Shown in pieces: positions 52,243 to 64,000 of a stretch of DNA of 64,000 nt. A program made the position numbers and the translations under genes. A model generated the notes under the pieces. It was not told the origin of the DNA and made no database searches. It saw nothing but the letters and a program-made list of their open reading frames with translations. Positions within the stretch are counted from its first letter, which is position 1; every line of letters starts with the position of its first letter. Origin of the DNA: Octopus sinensis (taxonomy: Eukaryota); assembly GCF_006345805.1 (NCBI RefSeq), contig NC_043005.1, forward strand, positions 56,978,001-57,042,000. The letters run 5' to 3'.

Positions 52243-52602
52243 TTGATCAGAACCTATAAATTAATCAAGGAGGATTAAATTAATTTAGGAGGAAAACATC
52301 ATCTACATGTCACTAAGCTCTGTTTTGCTCACTGACAATCCAAGATCAGAAACTGTGACAGTTAAAACCAAAATGCTGATAAATTAATCAGTTTCACTAG
52401 CATTCTTACCATGCTTCCATGATGGACCATATAAAGCTGTATAATTTATGAACCACATAATTTATCAGCTTTTGGTTTTAACTGTCATTGTTTCTGATCT
52501 TGGATTATCATCTAGTAAAATAGAGAGTTTAGTGAAATGTAGTTGATTCTTTCCTCTTGAATTAATTTAATTGTCCTTGATTAATTTATATGTTCTGATC
52601 AA
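52243..52602. repeat. Foldback element: ~145-bp imperfect inverted arms, ~70-nt spacer
   Basis: ttgatcagaacctataaattaatcaagg...aatccaagatcagaaactgtgacagttaaaaccaaaatgctgataaatta is mirrored by taatttatcagcttttggttttaactgtcattgtttctgatcttggatt...ccttgattaatttatatgttctgatcaa. Confidence 0.85.
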
Positions 52603-52840
52603 ACAGAGGAATGAAAAATACAATAATGTAAATTCTCACTATTTAAGAAAGGAAAGTTTATTGAAAACTGTGTACTTTTTAAATGTAGTTGTAAGAATAA
52701 TAAAATCGTGTATGTAGGAAATTGTTCCAAAATTTCTCACCATCTTTTTTTAATCCCTTACTCAAATTTTAAATTTTGTATTTTGTTTTACTGGTGGAGT
52801 TGAACTTGAGACAATAAAAGTTTTGTTGTTTTTCTTACAG

Positions 52841-53104
52841 ATAAGTCTCTGAAGAAGAAGAAGAAGAAGCATAAAGAAGAGAAAGTGAAAGTAGAATGCA
52901 AAGAGAAAAAAGATGAAGAGTGTAATAATAATAAAAAGCGGGAGGTTCCTAGCAAAGATGAGCCTCCTCCACCTGAGAGTATGGACTCGGAACAGTCTGT
53001 GATGGATAATAAATTTATAAATAAGGTGCCTGATAAAGCACCAAAGGAAGAGAGAAAACGACCTAACACTGTAAAATCCTACCCCTCCAAATTTAGGTCA
53101 ACAG
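52841..53104 (+). CDS. PPP1R10: PNUTS coding exon (264 nt), basic/charged linker ending in KFRST
   Basis: Acceptor ttttgttgtttttcttacag| and donor |gtgggt. Translates (D)KSLKKKKKKHKEEKVKVECKE...KRPNTVKSYPSKFRST, matching the PNUTS 'AKFRSTGLE' motif. Phase 1-1. Confidence 0.92.
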
Positions 53105-53308
53105 GTGGGTAAATTTTTTAGTGACACTTAACTGTGTCTCCGCCAACTTTCAACTATTAAATTCCCTGATATTGAAACGCCTGTTTCGAGGATATGTCCT
53201 CATAAATGGTTTCCCATCAAAGGGTATGGAGTTGAGAACTGCTCACAGCGCTGGGGCCAGTGAAGGGAGCACTCTTGCCATTGTTGTTAGGCAACATTGA
53301 CCAGCATT

Positions 53309-53388
53309 TATGTGTATGTGTGTGTATATATATATGTGTATATATATGTATATATATATGTATATATATATATATATATGTGTGTATG

Positions 53389-53466
<78 letters not shown>

Positions 53467-53480
53467 CACACATACATATA
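53309..53480. repeat. Compound (TA)n/(TG)n microsatellite
   Basis: About 170 bp low-complexity tract 200 nt downstream of the 264-nt PNUTS exon. Confidence 0.95.
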
Positions 53481-54282
53481 GCTTGGTCATATTAGCAACA
53501 AGGCCATTCGTTATGGAATCAGCAGCTCTGGGAGTTTTTTCAGAATACGCCTGGCTTATATAGCGGAAACAAGAATTACTTCTGTTGGTTTCTTCAAGGT
53601 GCCAAGGAATGTATTCTCAACGTTTCTCATTTTGTGCTGCCTGTTAAGGAAAAAAAAAATTCTTACAGAGTTTGAGTATGTCTTTGATGCTGGTTTAACA
53701 GTTTACATTCTAGGTTTAATGATTTTAGTCTGAGGTTGAACTTGTCATTGATCATTGAGAAATTTTGCCTTTATGAAGAGAATCAGATGACATGGGCTTA
53801 TTACATACGTACAAGCAAACACTTTGTGTTTACATCAAAGAATCTGGTGGAACAATCTGAATTATTGTTCTGGGTTGAGAAGTATTGAGAAGCTGGCCAT
53901 CTTTGAAGAATATTTTTTTTACAGTATTTTAATTTCTGATTGGACACCAGTGTTTTGTTTGATGATAAAAAAAGAAATATATTTTATTTTGTTAAAGACT
54001 TTTACATAAAAAAAAAAATGTAGCAACTTTTTTGAGAAAAGAGAAATAATTATAATGATAATAAAAAAAGAAAATAGAAACTGATGCCATTAATTGAAAA
54101 ATTGAGAAAAGTCAGTGTTTGATTATGTGAAATATGTTTTTGAGGTCTTTCAGGCTTGTTTGAGATGCTTGGAGTTTCTTCACTGAAATTCTTTTGAGAG
54201 ATGTGGTCTTGTGTTTGTGATGTATGTGCATGCATATATGTGTGTGTGGGTGTTTGTATGTATGTACATACGTGTGTGTGTG

Positions 54283-54352
<70 letters not shown>

Positions 54353-57300
54353 CACACATGCACATAATGCACTTAACATAAATTACTGAATGTTTACACT
54401 TTGTTTTTCATTTTTGCTCCAACTCTGTTTCTGTTTAAGTTTCTAGCAATATAATGAGTAATGGACAGATGTGAGAGTTGCTGCATTCATCTCTCACTTT
54501 TCTAATTGCTTTCTTTATAAATTTTTTTATTTCTTAAAAACCTCTTTCTCATTTATTAATCTTCCGAAATTAAATTTTTTAATAGCAGTGAAATCAAAAT
54601 ATTTTTATGCTTTACATAAATTAAATTTCAAAAAAAAAAAAAAAAAAAAAATTTGTAATTATTTCTTTTATTAGAAAAATTTTCCACTCATCATTTGCTA
54701 ATTAATCAGAATCTGAGAAAAATCTGCTTTAACATTCAAGAATAATAATGTTTGTTTTTGTGAAATAGATTATATATTGTTCGATTGTGACATTACTGAT
54801 AAGAGACTGGTAGTTGTATTATTCTGGAGTTTAGATAATGGTGTGATGTCATTGGTTTTGGTGATCCTCTTTAAAACCTTCCTCAATAAATGGTAGGTTC
54901 TGCAAATGCTCTTTAGGTTTGGTTGCACTTAGTACGAAAATCTTATGTAATTTCTTGTTTTTAGAGAAACCTGTTTTGTTTGATAGCCTTCATAACATCA
55001 CCTGATAAGTTTCAAAGATCTCTCTATCAACTTTAGTACCCTGATAGCTAATAAATATTTGGTTTGTGACTACATTTGTTATTTCTCTTAACAAAAAGCA
55101 TCCAATTCTTGGTATATTTCTGATGAAGTTTCAGCATTGTGTTATTAGAAAATTGGACATCATCTTTCTTTATCATATCTTGAATATTTTTATACCATTA
55201 TTTTTTTTTAAATATTTAATTTTATTCATTAAATAGATATTGACAAGTTGCTATTATTGAAGTCCAGAAATTAAAAAAAACAACATTTTTGATAATATTA
55301 AAAATGAAAAAAAATTTGAGTATGATTTTCTAATTTAAATTCTTCTCAAAAATATTATCTTATCATTAGTACTATAATGTTAGAATGATGATTCTGGTAG
55401 GTTTCACCAAAGGTTCTTACTTATTTTAAGGAGCAGAGAGCGAACAAAATATATCTGCAGATGTAACCTTACTGTTGTTCACAGCTATCATTTGTCAAAA
55501 TCTCTTCAACTTTAGTATATCTCTCTCTTTGTTGTATCAAGATTGACTGTTATGTCCATGGATCTTGGAGTCAAATTTCTTTCTGAATCAAATTCTACAG
55601 ATTCAATGAGAAAATTAAGTTCTTTTCTCTCTTGTTTAATCAAAGTGATTTATAATGAAAATAAAGTCTTCAAGGAGAAACTTGTATATTTGCATCTAAA
55701 TAATCCAGTCAAAAGTCAGATATCATCTAAACACGATAATGACATGTTACATATGGAACAAAAACAAATGAAAAATACAAAAATTAGAAGAAATAAAAAC
55801 AACTTTTCCTTTTAAATGTCATGATTAGTAGAAAACATTTGACTTTTTACTGATGCCGCTGGACTTCATTTTACTAACTTAGAACCAAAAAAAAATTCTT
55901 TAAGACAGTATGTAAATTTGTTACTGAAAATAGTAAAACAAAATACAGGCAATATCCGATAGATAAAAGTTATTAATATGTTAACAATTTCTCTTTATAC
56001 TTTACTACATCAGGTGTCTGGCAATTCTATTGCATATCGTAATTGTAAACCCATGTCAAGTTCAGAGGCATTTCTAGACTTTACTTTTGCAGTATTTCGG
56101 TGAAAAATCAGCTTAAAGAAAAGAAAGAAAAAAAAAAAGACCGTACTTAGATATAATTAATGACCTGACAAGTTATCCATTACAAACATATTTTCCTTTA
56201 CATTTTTAAACACTTTGTTACAAATAAATCTTTATTTGAAACTTCTTTCTAAGTAAGTTGTGAGGTTAAAAAGAATTTAAACATTAAAACTAAGGAAATC
56301 TGTTTAATGAGTAATTTAAAGTGGGGAAAAAAAAGAAAGAAAAGGGATAAAAAGGTAAGAAATTGCTGAGAAATAAAAGCTTTTTTAATGATATTGGATG
56401 AAATGGAGAAAAGAAGACACCTGGGTTAACTTGAAATGATTTCGGTGGCTTTAGTTGTAACCATCTCATTGGTTTTTGGAAACAACAGCACAGTCTGACT
56501 GGTATATAAATAAACGTGATTGAAAATATTTCCCCTCAAGTTGGTGAAACTACTTGAAGAATTCTGGTGTATGATAAGGTAAGTACTTTCCAGAGGTCAG
56601 CAGTGGTGTTCTGATGGGACATCATGCCACAATTTACTGCACAACATCAAGAAAAGTTAGCAGATTGTAGTTTTAAAAAATATATATGTATGATGTTATA
56701 AGCTTTTTGGAAAAAGCTGGAAAACAAAAGCATTTTGTTTACTGCAAGGTCCAAAGTTTTGGAATTATTTGTCTGAAATGAAAATTCATATCAGGTGACT
56801 TTGGTGTATTCCAATGCAGACATTATTATTGCAATTATGAAAAATAACAGCTCTTCCATAATGTGGTTGATTAAAATCATCAAGAAAGCTACATTTTGGT
56901 TTGTCATTGTGACTACCTCTTCACTTTATCAGCTCTTACTCTGTTCTGTATTGGTTCATTATACTCTTTGAGTGGTGCCAATGATGTTTCCCTTGATTCT
57001 GGAATCTTTACAGATTGCTGAAAACTTTATTTAGGGTGGACATTTTTACTGCTTATCTTTGAATAATGTGAAAGTCAGGAAAAAATACCAAAAAAAAAAT
57101 TATTTTAAGAAATATTTCCAAGAAACCCATGAATAGCCTCTGTATGGTGTTTGGACAATGAAATACAATAAATGAAAGTTACTTTGCTCACATTCTGACT
57201 CCTTGTTTATTGTCCGTGTGTTGTTTTGAGATATGTCTGCAGTGGCTGATTATATTGGAAACATCCTCATTGAAGTTTTCAGAATTTTTTTTACACATGG

Positions 57301-59109
57301 TATTAATAGAGAAAAACCAATGTGATTATTTTTCTCTAATGAAATTCAGTGTCAACAACTAGTTGCACCAAGTACCAATTGAATTTCTTTGACAATGAGT
57401 CTTTACATGGCTATTATTTGCCCTAATATATATAGAGGAAGAAACTTTGGTGTGTGTGGGCATACACACACATGCATTTATGTGTAAACTAGAAATATAT
57501 ATTCACAAAGTATGCTTGCCAAGTAGTATCAAGTTGAATTGGATGATGCCTAGTTATGCTCTGTTGTGAATTACAGAATTTCAAGTTGTTTTCACAGACA
57601 TTGTTGAAAGGGTTTGTTAACAATAACAGACTTCATAGAAACTACAAAAAGAATTATTCAGAAATAAGAGAACTTCTTTACATTTACACATATGTAAATG
57701 TTAACCAATGTGTCTTAAAGATACCGATTTAGACATAGAAACATAAAACCTTTTGTATCATGAATCTTTTGGCTGTTCTGCAAAAAGACTATGGAGACTT
57801 CATGAGAATGTTCTTCAAATATTTGACCACTGAGATTTGTAAGAGATTTGTGTGACTATTATTATTAAATAACTGAGTAATTTCAATGTAAATTTAGCTT
57901 GAGGAAAAAATACTTCACTCTTAAAAAAAATATATGGAACCTTGTGTAATTGAGACAGCTTTTTGACATAATCACTTGTTTTTTGTCTTGGTGGAAACCA
58001 CAAGGTACTTCTGGATTTGATATGATTCCAAGGTCATTGAGTACAGATAAATGACTCAGCAGAAAAATATACCATTTTAAAAAGGGAGATAAAAAATGGC
58101 CAAGTAGTTCAATATAAGAACTCTCCTATAATACTTTTGGCCAATTGAAGAAAGCCTATTTCAAACAAGAATTAATTTTAACTCTTTGGCTTCAAAGATC
58201 TTTGGCCACCAGATACTCATTATTAGTTTAAAAGTGCCAAAAGTGAGATGCTGTTGCAGTTTGATTGGCAGACAACGATGACAATTTCAGATTAAGTCTG
58301 GTTAGTCGCAATTTACTTATATGCTTCATGCCATTTTGAAGAAAGGAACCACGTTTAAAGCCATATTTTCTAAACTGACATTCAATGGATGTGTATTTTC
58401 TGCATCCAGTTTAGTGTTATCGCTACACTAAAACCAGTGCGAGATGGATGAATGTCTGGATCTGGGCATGTATATGACCGAATTTTTATAAGCTTCTTTG
58501 CCTTGTATGAAAAGCAAACAGGATGATGATTTCAAAAGAGATTGTCTGGAGCAGTTTTCAGGTCTACTTTCTGGTGGTTATTAGCAATTAATAATGACAA
58601 ACTAAGTATTAAATCTCTTTAGTTCAACAATATTACTGGAAAAGCAGCTGATAGTGACTATTGCTATATTAATAGCCTTTTGTCTAGATTGTAATATGAA
58701 ACTACACAACTTTGATTGAACCAGCAGCAATGAATGACAAAATGAAACTATTTGAAATGGCAAAACTATTTAAGCAAGCAATAATACAAAGAAGAAAGAA
58801 ATGAAATATTACTACAGCAAATCTGATATGGTTGAATTGGTATAGTAAATCATTTATAACCTAACACTCACTTTAAATGAAGTTTCAACTGAAGATCTCT
58901 AAAACTTGGAAGGAAAGAGAGTTTATAATTCATAAAGATTAAACAAAAGAAAGTAGTTTTCTTTGCTGACATGAGAAAAAGTTACAGAAGAAAATATAGC
59001 AGGTCAATATTTTCACTAGTGATAAGATTCTACCAATCAGACAACAGTATTGGTCTTCAGTCACCTATTGTTCTACAGTATATCCTATTCTTCCATAATA
59101 ATAATAGTT

Positions 59110-59400
59110 TTTATTGTATGGTGTTGACCTTCTCTAGTATTCTGTAGTGTTGGTCTCCTATTCACTGGTTCTATAGTGTTGGTGTCCTATTATTGTATTG
59201 GTTCTTTTGTATACAATAGGTCTTTTCTTCTATAGTAGCATTTGCTCCTGTTCTATTGTGTCGGCCTCTTTTTCTGTATAGTACTATTAATTCCTGTTCT
59301 ATGCTATTAGTTCTTATTCTATAGTGTTGCCTTCTGTTCCTCTGTGGTGTCCATCTCTTATTCTTCTGTAGTATTGGTTTCCACTTCTCCAATCTGTATT
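59110..59400. repeat. Degenerate ~20-nt minisatellite
   Basis: Recurring ttct(a/g)tagt(g/a)ttggt(c/g)tcct-like units upstream of the 82-nt exon. Confidence 0.6.
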
Positions 59401-59602
59401 TATGGGGTCATTTGCTCATTGATAATTTTTAATTATCATTGTTATTGTCGATCTCTTTCTTCTCCCTCTATATTCTGTCTACCGAAATGGATATATCAAT
59501 TATTTGATAAATTCTAACCCTCTTTTATTATTATTTTTTTTTTTTCAGTTTTCTGTTGCTAATAATAATTATATATTTATTTATCTTTGGAATTCATTTC
59601 AG

Positions 59603-59684
59603 GCCTTGAGGAAGCCACTATAATTCTGCCTAAGAAAAAACCCAGTACTGACCCCGTTAAGTTGGTTCCTAAAAGACAATTGCC
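59603..59684 (+). CDS. PPP1R10: PNUTS coding exon (82 nt)
   Basis: Acceptor ttcatttcag| and donor |gtaagt. Translates (G)LEEATIILPKKKPSTDPVKLVPKRQL(P), completing KFRST-G-LE across the intron. Phase 1 in, phase 2 out. Confidence 0.88.
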
Positions 59685-60022
59685 GTAAGTATCTGATTTC
59701 TATTAAGTTTTCTTCTCCATAATTTCACTTAGATGTTCATTTTTCTATATTTTTATGAATTCATATTGTCTTTTCTCATTTTTATATTTACTAACATATA
59801 ACCACAGTTGTATATCTACTCACATATCATCACATCTGCATACAGACACATTTCCATATCTGTATACATGATTGTAAAGTTGTGGTTTCGATTCTCAGAC
59901 TACATGGGCACATTGTGTTCTTCAGCAAAACTATTTCATGTGGCTTCAGTTCAAATTTTTGTGGTCACACACATTCATTTCCTTTATAATCTTGTTTTTA
60001 ATTAAGTTTACCATCATTTCAG

Positions 60023-60222
60023 GTCAGGGGAGCTGCGATCATTGGATCCTGTTCTGGATAAGAAACCTCGGCTGACAATATCTACTCCTTTGAACCCCAT
60101 TTCAGTCACCACCAGCCCCTCAGCTGTCACTTCATCAGTTACCACGACGACAAGTCCAGGATTAGTGTTATCCCCTACTGATCTGCAGAAAAACATTAAG
60201 ACTCCACCCAAGATCAGTCGGC
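60023..60222 (+). CDS. PPP1R10: PNUTS coding exon (200 nt), Ser/Thr/Pro-rich segment
   Basis: Acceptor catcatttcag| and donor |gtaagt. Phase 2 entry matches the preceding exon. Open frame (P)SGELRSLDPVLDKKPRLTISTPLNPISVTTSPSAVTSSVTTTTSPGLVLSPTDLQKNIKTPPKISR. The gene presumably continues beyond the window. Confidence 0.82.
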
Positions 60223-60607
60223 GTAAGTGGAGAGGAAATTTTATTATTCATTCGTATATTTTACATGTTTTCTGTGCTAGCATGGGTTGCAGAAATGCAT
60301 AATTATTGAAGCATTGTGTAAACAGCAAGATGCTCTTCCTGTTGCTAACCATTACATATTTTTTTTGCAAGAAAGGGAATTTTTTTTAATACACTTGTGT
60401 TTGAAAGAATAGAGTTAGCTGATGATTTCTTGACAGAGTATGTCAACATAATTTTGCTATTTTTTTTTATGGGAAAACACAAATTGTAAACATTCACAAA
60501 CATGCACATACATGTATGCACACACACATTCACACAGCCATACTGTTTTCTTCTACCTATTCTGCTCACAAGGTATTGGTTGGCTCTGTAGCTTCGGCTG
60601 AAGACAC

Positions 60608-61135
60608 TTGGCCAAAGTTCTTCACAGTGAGATAACTGAAAGAATAACGAGCAAGTGCCGCATAACCATTTTGTTCAGTACAATGAATACACAAAAACTA
60701 AGGACTACCAACATATCTATTTACCAAAAAGTTATCAAAGAAGGTGACGTTAGCAATAAGATAGTTATATCACACCCAGTGTGCACATATCTGAATCTTA
60801 CAAACTAAGCAGCAAAAAAGATGAGTGAGATTTGTGAAATTCATCTTTGACTTTGAAGATATCACCAATATTTGCTTTGGAATTGCTGCATCCAACCAAG
60901 AGAATTGCTTTCAAATGTTCATCAGTCAACCTTGTTCGATGTGCTGACTTTACATACTTCACTTTTTGAAAATATTTGCTCATAGACATAAGTTGTTCCA
61001 AACACTGATGCCATACCAGAGGCAAATGAACTTCAATTGCAGGTACTTACATAATAAGTACAGTGTGGCAGTGGGCCAGATGAACTGATCTCACAGGCTA
61101 GATCCGGCCTGTGGGCTGTAGTTTGGTGACCCCTG
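60608..61135 (-). mobile_element. Internally deleted hAT (GTF2IRD2/SPIN/Charlie-like) transposon retaining the dimerization-domain remnant
   Basis: Minus strand ...KVKYVKSAHRTRLTDEHLKAILLVGCSNSKANIGDIFKVKDEFHKSH; 5' TIR cagggGTCACCAAACTACAGCCCACAGGCCGGATC at 61135. Confidence 0.8.
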
Positions 61136-62149
61136 TGCTCAGGTTGACCAATGTTTCGTGAGTGAAAATGGTAGACAGAAACTGAAAAAACTTTGTGTGT
61201 GTGTTTGTGTGATCATTTTCGTCATTGTTGTTTTAATGGCCACTCTTCCAATGAGTCAAACTGAATTCCTTGAGGCAGATTTTCTGTTTGAATGCTCTTA
61301 CTATCACCAACCATCACCTCCTTCCAAGTAAGGTAATATTTCCCTATGGCCAGACATTTTCACAACAGATCAGAAACCTAACACCATTTGTATCATTCAG
61401 ATGTTTATGTATAACTCTTGCATAATGTTGAGTCAAAGAGACACAAATGCACATGCATATCCTTATGCATGCACACACATGTGCATGTTTGCACATGCTC
61501 ACATCCACACCCATGATAGGTTTCTTTCCATGATGATGATTATCATTGTTTTAATGTTCACTATGCTTGCATAGGTGGGACAGAATTTGTTCAGGCAGGT
61601 TTTCTGCAGCTCAATGCCCTTCCTATTGCCAACACCTGTTTCTGAGCAAGGTAATATTTCCACATGGCTGGACATGTTTACATTGGAGATTGGAAATAGT
61701 GGACACCACTTATATGATGGTGATTCTTGTTTACAACTATCAAGTGTGCTGTCAAGACAAGGAGATACTAACACATTTTCTTTCTCTCTCTCTCTCACAC
61801 ACATGCGCGCGCGTGCACGATGGGGTTCTTTTGGTTTCCATCTACCAAATCCATTCACAAGGCTTTGGTTGGGTCTGTAGAGGAAGACACCTTGCCCAAA
61901 GTGCTATGCAGTGGGACTGAACCCAAAGGGTAGTCTAGGGGTATAGTTTCTGTCTGCCAAATCTATTTACAAGGATTTAGTTGGTTTGAAGTTATTGTAA
62001 AGGAGACTCTTTTCCAAGGTACCACACAGAAGGACTGATGGCAAAACTCTATGGTTCAGATGTGAATTTCTTGTGCATGTAGCCATGACTGTGGCTATAC
62101 ACACACACACACACACACACACGTGTGTGTGTGTGTGTGTATATCATAA

Positions 62150-62490
62150 TAAAAAAGGTAAAAACCCCTCTTCAGTCATGAATGATCATGGGATAGCACC
62201 TAGAAAGTTACCCTCCAAAGAACAAGTCTAGGCAAACTTGTTTATAGAAGTCTAGCTGTTGCCCATGCATACCAGCCTTCCCTCTCCATGTCACCAATGT
62301 TATCCAAGAGAAAAGTAAAGGCTGATACAGCTTGGCACCAATGATGTCGCAACTCATTTCTACGGCTGAGTGAACTGGAGCAACAGGAAATAAAGTGTCT
62401 TGCTCAAAACACAACACACAGCCTGGTCCAGGAATCAAACTCAATACCTCATAATTGTGAGCCTGACACTCTAACCACTGAACTATGCAG
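62150..62490 (-). mobile_element. tRNA-derived SINE (second family), antisense
   Basis: Revcomp of the 9602-9925 family, with head ...ctctaaccactgaactatgc. Confidence 0.7.
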
Positions 62491-62785
62491 ATGGTGGAGT
62501 TGTCAGAAATATATGTTTTGGAAACCAATCTTATTGACCTTTCATCCACCTCACAATAAATATAATTCTGAACATTGGTCTTCACATGATAACTACTAAG
62601 AATAACTAAATTCAATTACTGTTTTATAATATATTTTATTTATTAACAGAAAACACTAAGGTTAATTAAACTGATATAATTGCCATTTATATTATATTTT
62701 ACAAGCATTGTTTACACGTGATGACTCCAAAGATTAATTACTGTTTTATAGTATAACTGACTTAATTACCATTTTTATAATATAT

Positions 62786-62885
<100 letters not shown>

Positions 62886-63807
62886 TAATGAGAGCTGCTA
62901 TCTATCACAATAGATATATTATATGTGTGTGTCTAAAATGCTTACATTGTCTGTTCTGTTTTGTATCAGAGGTAAAAGTCAGCATGGTTGGCTATTCATT
63001 GCAAACAAGTCCGGCAAGTTTACCTATGCATACATAGATGCATACATACATACATGCACACAAACATACATACATACATACATACATACCCATATACACA
63101 TGCACACACAGATATACATGTATACCTGTGTGTGCATGATTGTATGTTTGTGACTCCCCATCATGTAGACATTGTTTACGAGGTCTGTGTAGGCAATATC
63201 ATCATTTAGATGGTGTCTTTGTTTACGTCTGTCACACAAGCATGTCCAGCCATTGAGCTATTCAAAATAGTTATGTTACTTGGAAACAAGTAAAGGTTGG
63301 CAACAGGAAGGGTGTTTGACTGTTAAAAAATTTTCTTAATAAATCTCATCTGGAAAAGTGAATGTTAAAACAGATGATTTGTGTGGTGACGATGTATTTC
63401 TTTAGCATGCTATATGTTGAGTAAACTACCAAAACGAAATGCAACAAAGATATGTTCCTACATATTCTTTTACTTGTTTCTGCCATACTGGGGTACCACC
63501 TTGAAGGGTTGTATATTAATTGATCAGATTGCCCCTCCTCTCTTTTGTTTTTTAAGTCTGGTACTTAATCTTACTTCTTTATTGCCCACACGGGGCTAAA
63601 CATAGAGGGGACAAACAAGGGCATACTATACATCTATAACACTATAACATCTATTTCTGAAATATTCATCACATTATGCTGTGTGTGTTCTTTACTTTTG
63701 AATATCCCGACGGCATTCAAAATGAACTTATAAGCCAGTATACATTCATATCAAGTTGAGTAAAAAGTAATGTTTCGAACCATGAAGAATTTGTACCGAA
63801 TTTTTAC

Positions 63808-63975
63808 AGAGCTGGCAAAACATTAGCACACCAGGTGAAATGCTTAGTGGTATTTCGTCTGCCGCTATGTTCTGAGTTCAAATTCCATCAAGGTCGACTT
63901 AACCTTTCATCCTTTCGGGGTCGATTAAATAAGTACCAGTTTTGCACCAAGGTCGATGTAATCGACTTAATCCCT
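63808..63975 (+). mobile_element. tRNA-derived SINE (third family)
   Basis: gagctggcaaaacattagcacacc...ctttcatcctttcggggtcgattaaataagtaccag. Confidence 0.7.
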
Positions 63976-64000
63976 TTGTCTGGTAATTAATCTGTTTGTG

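Noticed and set aside
53105-53165. In-frame TAA just after the donor plus ATTAAA at 53156, suggesting a truncated intronic-polyA isoform
   Set aside because: Both are expected by chance in AT-rich introns, and there is no convincing downstream GU-rich element.
53165-53210. Minus-strand GAGGA-cata-TCCTC-GAAAC, hammerhead-like
   Set aside because: The CUGANGA core is absent (reads TTTAT). At best a dead PLE-tail remnant.
55385-55480. ATGATGA box-C-like motifs (also near 58523) suggesting C/D snoRNAs
   Set aside because: No correctly spaced CTGA box D or terminal stem.
55543-55815. 90-aa ORF and similar 60-186 aa ORFs (25712, 26336, 29406, 30103)
   Set aside because: No recognisable domain, near-cognate starts, and intronic composition.
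56480-56585. Strong donor AAG|GTAAGT at about 56580 suggesting an extra PNUTS exon
   Set aside because: Upstream frames contain stops and no clear acceptor, and the flanking exons already join as the conserved KFRSTG|LE.

Overview
AT-rich, intron-rich eukaryotic DNA packed with (TA)n/(CA)n microsatellites, tRNA-derived SINEs and decayed transposons. The repeat repertoire suggests a cephalopod, most likely Octopus (inference, not verified). The only host gene I can support is PPP1R10/PNUTS on the + strand. Five consecutive coding exons (30409-30593, 39982-40062, 52841-53104, 59603-59684, 60023-60222) have canonical AG/GT ends and matching phases, and encode the TFIIS-N-like domain and the KFRSTGLE motif. 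I did not find the 5' exons or the 3' half of the gene in the window. The rest is mostly mobile DNA: four mariner relics/MITEs, hAT and piggyBac-type MITEs, RTE-, R4/Dong- and HERO-like non-LTR relics, Penelope-like (PLE) fragments and several SINE families. The most interesting signals are hammerhead-ribozyme-like motifs. Two sit in direct repeats 387 nt apart in a retrozyme-like layout, two more belong to a second PLE tail family, and one candidate lies in the 3' UTR of a HERO-like element. There are also two long foldback palindromes and a minisatellite with constant and variable parts. No prokaryotic-type system such as CRISPR is supported. Repeat boundaries are read by eye and are approximate.
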